Source: Octopus sinensis (Eukaryota). Taken from it: DNA of 64,000 nt. Where the stretch lies: the NCBI RefSeq assembly GCF_006345805.1, contig NC_043006.1, positions 56,420,001 to 56,484,000 on the forward strand, written 5' to 3'. Below, piece after piece: positions 53,162 to 64,000 of this stretch (position 1 is its first letter; every line of letters begins with the position of its first letter). The position numbers were made by a program, and so were the translations under genes. Under the pieces are notes generated by a model that saw only the letters and a program-made list of their open reading frames with translations, did no database searches and was not told where the DNA came from.

Positions 53162-53363
53162 TATATATATATATATATTTATATATATGCATGTATATAT
53201 ACATATAGATGTAGTCGGTACGTACATATATGTATGTAGTATGCATATATTTTATTTTATTAAATTGTTATTTAATATATATATAATATATATATGTGTG
53301 TTTGTGTGTGTGTTGTGTGTGTGTTGTTGTGTGTGTAAACGCAGTTTGCTTACATTAAACCAC

Positions 53364-53885
53364 ATTAACCACATACCGAAAAATTAGAAATAGCACAGCC
53401 AAATGGCCGTTATTTCTTTTCGCTCTACAAAATATGACTCCACAGACAACCTTCTCTGTAACTTACACAGGCAAAAAAGAAGGAAAATAATTAAATTAAG
53501 CGGTCTTCGGTTAATTATGGACGCGTTTCTGGATTAGAGTTATAAAACACATAATATTCCGATAGTTATAAATTTAAAAATGCTAGAAAACGTACCCTTT
53601 GCATTTCTGACCAAGCGACATCAGAACAAGGTAGTTAGCATATCCGAGTTTATATAGACGAGTGAAATTCATATTTGCCACCAATCGCTACACCATGTGG
53701 GTCACGAGACCATGTGGGTCACGAGATAAATTTAACCGAAGACTGTTTGATTTCATTATTTTCCTTCTTTTTTTTTTGCCTGTGTGAGTTACAGAGAAGG
53801 TTGTCTGTGAAGTCATATTTTGTAGCGAAAAGAAATAACGGCCATTTGGCTGCTATTTCTAAATTTTTCGGTATGTGGTTAAGCA
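53364..53885 (+). mobile_element. Foldback element with ~150-bp arms and a half hammerhead
   Basis: 53364-53514 is approximately the reverse complement of 53732-53882. Minus strand reads GAAACGCGUC|CAUAA at 53515-53529. Confidence 0.6.
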
Positions 53886-54266
53886 ACTCGTTGCTAAACC
53901 CTTAATTATTGTTATAATTATTTATAAAACTTCTTGTATAAGTTTTACCAAATATGGTTCCTTTCCATACCGAAACTACTTGGTGAAATTTATTAATTAT
54001 AAATTAATAATTTTTTACCCTATATCTATAATAATAATATGTATACATATGAATATATATCATATATATATATATATATATTATATATTAGTCATAAGGC
54101 ATAAGACGTAAGTTGAATGTGAAATCACGTGTGATACAGAACTAAATTCATTTTTTAAATGTCTTGCTTTGAAAACTGCATGGGGGGTATGATTAGTATA
54201 ATTTTGGTAGTAATGACTTTGTCCCTCTAGTGTGAGGCAGTTAGTGTGTAATAAGCCTTCTATACA

Positions 54267-54321
<55 letters not shown>

Positions 54322-54336
54322 TATATATATATATTA

Positions 54337-54420
<84 letters not shown>

Positions 54421-54482
54421 CATATTATAGACTATACATATATATATACATATATATTATATATATATATATATAGATATAC

Positions 54483-54565
<83 letters not shown>

Positions 54566-54599
54566 CATATATAGTTATATATATAGATATATATATATA

Positions 54600-54652
<53 letters not shown>

Positions 54653-54837
54653 ATAATATATAAAGGGCTTAGTAAAATAAATTACTTTGCCGCATACTGA
54701 ACTCATTAGAAATAGCAGCTAAAAAAACTTTTTAAAACTATTTCTAATACTTAAGAAAACCTCCTCTATAGTGTTTGCTCAATCAACTCACGCAAATATG
54801 GGGGTAGAGACATTAAAAAATCAAGTGCAAAGGTTAT

Positions 54838-54889
54838 TGAGAACGTACGTTTCAAGATTAGTCAACACGACATTTCTATCTTCAGCTCA
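54838..54889 (-). ncRNA. Hammerhead motif (copy in the inverted arm)
   Basis: UGAG-CUGAAGA-UAGA...GUC/GAC...UCUU-GAAA-CGUACG-UU|CUCA. Confidence 0.68.
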
Positions 54890-55411
54890 GAACTCCTGGT
54901 TTGGATTTGAAAACACTGAAAGTGGGAGCATACCCTTTCCGGCCTCTCTCGCTTCCGAAGATCTGCTCGTAACTAACAGTGCAACAACCCAAAAATGCAA
55001 GCGAAGAATTTCTGCTCTCCCCTTTCCACCAGCGGGGTTAAAATCAGTAAACACTATGCTTTTTTCGGTAAAGTCCGCGGCATTATATAGAGCGAGAGAT
55101 GAATTATAATTTCAACAATTGAGGGTAAAATTAATTGAGGGTAAAATTAATTAATTAATCAATTGATTAATTTTACCCTCAATGTTGAAATTATAATTCA
55201 TCTCTCTCTATATAATGCCGCGGACTTACCGAAAAAAGCATAGTGTTTACTGATTTTACCCACGCTGGTGGAAAGGAGGCGAAGAGCAGAAATTCTTCGC
55301 TTGCATTTTGGGTTGTGGCACTGTTAGTTACGAGCAGATCTTCGGAAGCGAGAGGAGGCCGAAAGGGTATGCTCCCACTTTCAGTGTTTTCAAATCCAAA
55401 CCAGGGAGTTC

Positions 55412-55462
55412 TGAGCTGATGATAGAAATGTCGTGTGACTAATCTTGAAACGTACGTTCTCA
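55412..55462 (+). ncRNA. Type I hammerhead motif
   Basis: UGAG-CUGAUGA-UAGAAAUGUCGUGUGACUAAUCUU-GAAA-CGUACG-UU|CUCA. Palindrome AACGUACGUU; a U.U pair closes helix II. Confidence 0.7.
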
Positions 55463-55765
55463 AATACCTTTGCACTTTGATTTTTTAATGTCTCTACCCC
55501 CATATTTGCGTGAGTTGAATTGAGCAAACACTATATGAGAGAGGTTTTCTTTAAGTATTAGAAATAGTTTTAAAAAAGTTTTTTTAGCTGCTATTCTAAT
55601 GAGTTCAGTATGCGGCAAAGTAATTTATATTTTTTTTACTAAGCCCTTTTATATAATGTAATAATTTGAATTCGCCTTAAATGGTCCCTTTGCATACTGA
55701 ATACTTGGTGATGAAATTGATTATTAATTAATTTTACCCTCAATTGTGATTCATATTTATATATA

Positions 55766-55849
<84 letters not shown>

Positions 55850-55861
55850 CATCTAGTAGTA

Positions 55862-57430
55862 GTCTTGCCTTTGCACATTTTTTGACGCTGGAGATTGTTA
55901 CTACGGTGTCAGTTGTTCACTACCAGTGAACTAAGATAACACCTCTTGTTTTTCGAGCATCTTCCGGAGTATTTGAGCGGTTCCAAGCAGTGCTGATTTC
56001 TACAAGTGGTTCACCCTTATTGCAGCACCTATTTGTTCCACATACTTCTCGAGAGTTTTGCGCACTGCTCCAGGGCTCCGACAACTATTGGGTACTACTG
56101 CTACCTTTTTCATCGACCACATCTACTTAACCTCGCAAGCTAACCTCTCATATATCTCGACATTTGTTTCTTCCTTATCGCATACCTTGTTGTCAGCTGT
56201 GCATGCTATATCTATGATCCACCATAGTTTGTTTTCATTCTCAATTGAGACTATGTCTAGCTTCCTATTCTCTAACTGAAGTCCTCTTCCCCTCTTTTTC
56301 TTGGTACATGCAGTCTGTCTGTGTCGCTTTTTGGGTGGAGTATCCCATATCTAGTCCAACAACTTCCTTGTCTCTCTGTCTAAGCTGTTTACTTCGTCTA
56401 CTGCCCATGCTATTACCCTTGCTAAAGAGTGAAACCATACAGGCGTTGATAGCTTCAATCTTATTCCGTCCGTTTAATTTTGACTTAAGGATCAGTCTCA
56501 GTCTGCGCAAGTATTCCACCTTAAAATTTTCTGTCATTTCTTTCTCCATCAATTTATCCATTTCCAAAATCTCCAAGTACTTATAACCCGTCTCTATCTG
56601 CTTCATAACCTCCCCCTGACGATAGCGTTAGCCCGTCCATACATTTGATTTTGCCTCTCTTTAAGAGTAACACACCTCACTTTTCAGTCCGAACTCCATT
56701 CCGATATCAGCACTGAAGGTATACACCATATCAACAAGGGAACTGGCTTGGATTTCATCTTTACCATACAGTTTGAGGTCATCCATAAATAACAAATGAT
56801 TGACTTCTTGTTGGCGGCTTTTGAATACATACCCAGCTTTTGCTTTTCTCAGAATCAGTCTTAGTGGTATCAAGTACAGTACAAAGATCATTGGGGACAG
56901 GCAGTCCCCTTGGAAGATGCCCCTCCTAATTTCTATTGTCCCTAAACTTCTTCCGTATTCTGTCAGGTCCGTCCTCCAATTCGACATACTTTTTCCAAGC
57001 AATCACTCAACATTCGATGCAATACCAAATAGGTTCATACATTCCATAATCCAAGAATGTGGGATCTTATCGTACGCCTTACGATAGTCGATCCATGGCA
57101 TGGCTAAGTTACTTTTCCTCCTCTTGCAGTTTCTAAGTACAGTTTAGTCTATCAGGAGTTGATACTTGGTGCCTCTGCACTTACGCTTGCAACCCTTCTG
57201 GTCATGTGGCAAGACTCCATTTTTTCCAGATGTTCGTACACTGACTCTGTAAGAATTCCATTCAATAGCTTCCACATAAGTGGCAAACAGGATACTGGCC
57301 CGTAATTGTCTACAGTATTGCCTTTTGCGATGTTTTGTCAAGCACAGCACTATCCTACCCATTGTCAACCACTCTGGTGTTACTTGGTCGGCATTTAACA
57401 AGTTGTTGAGTTGCGCAGCTTATTTGTGCA
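55862..57430 (-). mobile_element. Internally deleted, decayed R4/Dong-like LINE (RT plus RLE), 3' end in (CTA)n
   Basis: '[19 protein letters not shown]', 'GIFQGDCLSPMIF', 'HLLFMDDLKLYGK' and 'LKSKLNGRNKIEAIN'. Confidence 0.88.
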
Positions 57431-58092
57431 TGACATTCATCAGAATCTCTGAGCCGGCCGGGTGCAACTTGTCACCATCATCGGCTTCAGTTTCACTACC
57501 ACCGTTATTCACAATATTTTGCTTTTTCATTGTCACTCATATGAGGTAGTAATTATCAGGTTGCGCAATTACCAGTGTTTTTACTGTGACACCATCACTA
57601 GATGTATCATTAATCAGTCCAAAGGAGGCTCCACCCATTTCTTTTCATTATTACTATTATTATTATCATCACTGATATCACAGATATTATTGTTTTTATA
57701 TATAGTAGCAGCAGTGATGGCAGCAGCAGCAACATTAGCGTGGGTGGGGTAGTAGTAAGAGTGGTAGTTGGGCCTCATATTCCTGGGCTATCATAAGAGT
57801 AGTAGTTGTAATATTAGCAGATGCAGCATATTATTATTATTTTTATTATTATCATTATCACCATCACCACCACCACCACCACCATTGTTACTATCATTAT
57901 TACTATTCCATTTATTATTGAATAATTATTATTATCCTGTACGTGAGATAATCATAAATATGTGGTTGTTGAAGGAAATAGTTGGGTAGCAGCTTGGTGG
58001 ATATATCATATTCTACAGGTCTATAAATAGATTCGGCAGATGGTGTGGAGGTCAGCCATAGAGAAAAAAGAATCTTCGCGTCCTTATTACTC

Positions 58093-58094
<2 letters not shown>

Positions 58095-58136
<42 letters not shown>

Positions 58137-58559
58137 ATTATTATTATTATTATTATTATTATCATAATTATTATTATTATCATAATTATTATTATTTAGT
58201 TTTTAATCTGCATGTTAGGTCAATGAAATATGTACCTATTTCTTTATTACCCACAAGGGGCCAAACATAGAAGGGACAAACAAGGACAGACATAGGTATT
58301 AAGTCGATTACATCGACCCCAATGCGTAACTGGTACTTAATTTATCGACCCCGAAAGGATGAAAGTAAAGTCGACCTCGGCGGAATTTGAACTCACAACG
58401 TAGCGGCAGACGAAATACCTATAAGCATTTCGCCCGGCGTGCTAACGATTCTGCCAAGTCCCGCCTTCGTCAATGAAATATGTACCAGTTACCCACTTGA
58501 GTCGATGTAATCGCCTCCTCATATTTCAGGCCTTGTGCTTCCTGCAGAAAGGATTATTA

Positions 58560-58591
<32 letters not shown>

Positions 58592-58598
58592 GATTATA

Positions 58599-58649
<51 letters not shown>

Positions 58650-59039
58650 CATAATTATTATTATTATCATAATATTATTATTTAGTTTTTAATCTGCATG
58701 TTAGGTCAATGAAATATGTACCTATTTCTTTATTACCCACAAGGGGCCAAACATAGAAGGGACAAACAAGGACAGACATAGGTATTAAGTCGATTACATC
58801 GACCCCAATGCGTAACTGGTACTTAATTTATCGACCCCGAAAGGATGAAAGGTAAAGTCGACCTCGGCGGAATTTGAACTCACAACGTAGCGGCAGACGA
58901 AATACCTATAAGCATTTCGCCCGGCGTGCTAACGATTCTGCCAAGTCGCCGCCTTCGTCAATGAAATATGTACCAGTTACCCACTTGAGTCGATGTAATC
59001 GCCTCCTCATATTTCAGGCCTTGTGCTTCCTGCAGAAAG

Positions 59040-59045
<6 letters not shown>
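58095..59045. repeat. Tandem duplication (~485 bp) of a SINE B insertion with an 18-bp TSD
   Basis: SINE (minus) 58237-58468 flanked by GTCAATGAAATATGTACC. The whole block repeats at +485 and is bounded by (ATT)n. Confidence 0.9.
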
Positions 59046-59843
<798 letters not shown>

Positions 59844-60626
59844 CCAAGTGGATGATGATGAGGAGGAGGAGGAAGAGGAGGAGGAGGAGGAGGAGGATGA
59901 GGTAGAGGAAGAGGAGGAGATTATAACTTTGATGATGAGTACATAGTATCGGCTGCTACAATAATGGATGTAGTGATTGAAGAGAGAAGAAAATATGCTG
60001 TGCCTTGTGTTGAGATGGTGGGATCGTTTGGTTCAGAATCGAGGTCATCTCCGCAGCTAATAGGGATGATTGTAGTTGTTATTCAGCTCACTGTTGCTGC
60101 TGTACTGAGGCAAAAGACGATATTAAATTAAGTTTTTACACGTCATTTTAAGGAGATGAAAGTTGTTCAAAATTTACTTCAATTTGTTTTCAATTTGCCC
60201 TGGCAATCATTTGTTGAACAGTGGGATAGTTTTTGCAGTAATGTTGTTGAATCACGATACATATAAACCCCCGGTTCGGGAACAGCTCAACCAGTCATTG
60301 ACATGAATATAAAACCACTCTCTGTCCAGTTATGTTAATTACAGACAAGGGATTTGTTAACCATGATGTGAGCTTTCGTAGTAATATTAGTAAAGCAGCT
60401 TTTTACTTTCTTTATTCATATAGTGTTTTCATTTTGTAGCATTGGTCAGGTCCTTTTAGTGTGTGTCTGTGTGTATGTGTGTAGATAGATACAGAGAGAG
60501 AAAGATAGAGAGATACATGCACACACACACATTTGTATATAAAAGGGTTAAGTCTCATTCGTAAGACTGACAGAGAAGAAAGCTAAAATTAGAAAGCAAT
60601 TGTAAACCTTCTCGTGATCATATCTG

Positions 60627-60691
<65 letters not shown>

Positions 60692-60700
60692 ATCTATCTG

Positions 60701-60736
<36 letters not shown>

Positions 60737-60777
60737 ATATATGTGTGTGGTGTGTGTGTGTGTGTGTGGTGTGTGTG

Positions 60778-60818
<41 letters not shown>

Positions 60819-61366
60819 CATTCAACCACAGTAGTGGTTGAATAATATTCTTAAGGCCGACATTTACTCACCCACAACCTCTTCAAAGCTTTTGCATAAC
60901 TCATTTCTCAACGCAGTTAATAGTTCTATAATAGCCACCTCCCACGCTATCTTTTGGCGTTAAAATATTGAAATTTGGTTCAGTGGAAAACAAGTTACGT
61001 TATAATATGTCAGCTCCAAAGGGGGAGAGTAAAGCGAAAATCGACTTTGAATCAAAGTAACTTTCTTATTTTAAAAGCAGACTATATTTTGTTTAAGCTT
61101 AAATGATAGAACAATACGGAATGCCAATTTTAGCAAAAGAATCTTTAATATAAAGAAGTTGTAAAGCCAAAAGCGCCGAAAAAAGTGAGTAACGTCTCCA
61201 ATCAACTTTGACTTCAAAAAACTTTGTTAATTTAAAAGCAATCTAAATTATATTTAAGCTCAAATGATAAATCAAAACGAGAAGAATCTAAAAATGCTGA
61301 TTTTATGCAATAAAATTTTTTAGTAAAATGGTAAGAGGTAAAAAGTGACAAAAATTATTATTATTA

Positions 61367-61424
<58 letters not shown>

Positions 61425-61434
61425 CATCATCATA

Positions 61435-61470
<36 letters not shown>

Positions 61471-61552
61471 TTTATCATTATTATTATTATTATCATCATC
61501 ATAATTATTATTATTATTATTATTATTATCATTATTATTATTATTATTTTTA

Positions 61553-61587
<35 letters not shown>

Positions 61588-61639
61588 TGATAATTATAAA
61601 CTGAGCCACAAAAGAAATGCTGCACACATTACCATAGCA

Positions 61640-62735
61640 TTGATTGAACAGTACTAATTAAGAAACCGTTCTTTCCTAATGATAAAACGTTAATTCCTGA
61701 AACATGTTACACGTCACAAGTTGTCAAGTGATGACGGAGTGTCCTGGATCCAAAGAGATGAACTCAATATCTCCTGTGACCATCGTTAGCGTTGATTATC
61801 GTCGGGCATCTTCTGTACATTGAATGCACTAAACGATTGATGAAGGCCATGGGGAAGCAGCCCACACTCTGTTAAAACTCGCAGTGAGTTGTGCCACAGT
61901 TGTCGGCCTTGGACGGATGATATTTAGCCTTCTTTGGATTTCGTCCCGCAGGTTCTCTATGGGGTTCAGGTCCGGACTTAGGGCAGGCCATAACAGTGTC
62001 TGGATGTTGTGCTGTTGAAGGAAGTCTGGTGTCAACCTGACAGTATGAGCACGGCTGTTGACGTGCTGGAACATGTGATTCCGATGACGGGCAAAGTATG
62101 ACAATGTGTGGCCTCAACACTTGGTCGATGTAGCGAGCAGTGGTTACTCCATTGCCTCGGTCTTGGCCGATGTTTTGGAAGACCACCGGTCCAAGTTTCT
62201 GGTTGGGTGCAATCCCGCCCCATACCATGATGCTCTGTCCTTCCCATCAGTCTTTCTCCACCACACAGCCATCGGCATGACGTTCGCCCTTTCTCCAAAC
62301 CCTAGCTCTGCCATCTGTCACAGAAATACAATATCGACCTTCAACAGAGAAGACTACAGTTCTCTAATCTAAATATCGTCAGTTCTGACGTTTTTGAGCT
62401 CACTGCAGACGTGCCCGTCGATGACGATCTGTGAGGGCGGGGCCCTAACCGGACGTCGACAAGACAGATTGGAAGATCTCAGCCGGCAGCGAACTGTCTC
62501 TGCACAAATGGATTTTTGGTGAGTCCCTATGGTCTGCCTAGCTGATTCCGTTGCTCTCCGGAGTCGGTCCTGGAAGTGCTGTCTATGCAGATAGGGATAT
62601 TGACATGCCGTTGTAACTCTCGGTCGACCACTGTGTGGACGATCATCCGTGCTGTTTCTAGCATTGCATCCTTCCCTCAGTTGCTCAATTGTCCGAATAC
62701 TGTAGTTCTAGTCAGTAGCAATGACTTATGGATGT
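61640..62735 (-). mobile_element. Decayed Tc1 (DD34E-type) transposon
   Basis: 'MVWGGI', 'TTARYIDQVLRPHI', 'FQHVNSRAHT' and 'WPALSPDLNPIENL'; frameshifts. Confidence 0.88.
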
Positions 62736-62857
62736 TGACAAGCATGGAGACGTTCGATGGTTTGCTCCCTCTGATTTCGTATCAGTCTTGGTATGCTATC
62801 ATATATCATATTATATATCATACATACCATATCATATATATATATATATATATATAT

Positions 62858-62972
<115 letters not shown>

Positions 62973-63583
62973 TATGTTATTTCCTTATTTTGGAAGCTTT
63001 TCCTACATACACTGTGATTCCGAGAAAGACGTCGAGAAAAGGATACGATTTCATCGTGTCTTCGGAAACTAGAATCTGAAGCTACAGACAAAGCTCATGG
63101 TGTATCCAGCTGCTGTTTTTTCTCCAATGCTGTCTTTGTATGCCTTCAGTATTTCTCTTTATCTATTTACATTTCTGTCAATTTTTTGTAAGAGACTCTC
63201 ACTGAACACCAATTTGTTTATGCCTTATCTGGCATTACAACTTTTTACTAAATGCTTCTTGCCTTTAAAACTGTTGCTGTCATTCGACAAGACTTTCGCC
63301 TCAGTATTTCCCTGTCTATCTGATTCTCGTTAATAAATCTACTTTTCAGCTTCCTTTGTCCCTTATAATGCGACGAAATCTAAGATTTCTCATTTTCCTC
63401 GCATAGATCTAAAGGCGTAAAATAATAAATATTTAGTATATTTAAACGAAACACATTCGTTATTTGTCTTTTAATATATCTGAGAGGATTACACTTGTAT
63501 AAACTTAATTGCACATTTTCATCATTTTAATTTACACACTCACATACATACACATACATACACATACATGCACACATACATAC

Positions 63584-63642
<59 letters not shown>

Positions 63643-63656
63643 GGGACAGAGATAGC

Positions 63657-63688
<32 letters not shown>

Positions 63689-63689
63689 C

Positions 63690-63720
<31 letters not shown>

Positions 63721-63796
63721 CAGACAGATACATACATACATACATTCATACATACATACATACATACATACATACATACATACATACATACATACA

Positions 63797-63830
<34 letters not shown>

Positions 63831-64000
63831 CATTCAGTACAGTAGAGTATTCTGAATATAACAAGATATTGCATGTGCTCAAGTGATGCGAAGCTGTCTT
63901 TGTTTATATAGTAAAGTCACTCAATATCATTAATGCTAATGGAATAATAATAGTCAAATTGATAATCACGTTTTTCTTCTTTACAGTAATATTTTAGCAT

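Larger units (their letters stand above)
54661..55755 (+). mobile_element. ~1-kb palindromic PLE/retrozyme-like element with a ~561-nt unit, in (TA)n
   Basis: Arms 54661-55162 / 55163-55650. The unit start TTAATTTTACCCTCAAT recurs 561 nt later at ~55730. Long (TA)n on both sides. Confidence 0.8.

Noticed and set aside
54771-55475. Paired 112-aa and 94-aa ORFs
   Set aside because: Mirror products of the palindrome, antisense to the ribozyme, frameshifted relative to each other, and with no protein motif.
59850-59945. Poly-Glu/Asp coding exon
   Set aside because: A (GAG)n microsatellite next to a SINE; the frame closes quickly.

Overview
AT-rich, microsatellite-saturated eukaryotic DNA that is intergenic or intronic. 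The tRNA-derived SINE families look like those of Octopus (recognised from memory, not database-checked). No intact host protein gene is visible, and almost all listed ORFs are microsatellite artefacts. Contents: many SINEs from 3 families; R4/Dong-like restriction-endonuclease LINE fragments nested in (TAA)n, (CTA)n and (TACA)n arrays, including one 5'-truncated copy with an open ORF; decayed Tc1/mariner transposons; two non-autonomous Helitrons; MITEs; an RTE tail; and a decayed Penelope-like (PLE) ORF. Main finding: a set of sequence-unrelated, non-coding 0.1-1.1 kb elements sitting in (TA)n tracts. They share a 5' inverted arm and/or a tandem partial repeat (unit lengths 355, 456 and ~561 nt). 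Several carry type I hammerhead ribozyme folds with palindromic helix III. This points to a diverse PLE-dependent, retrozyme-like system, one member of which has a tRNA-like Pol III head instead. All RNA folds were paired by eye and none is shown to be active.
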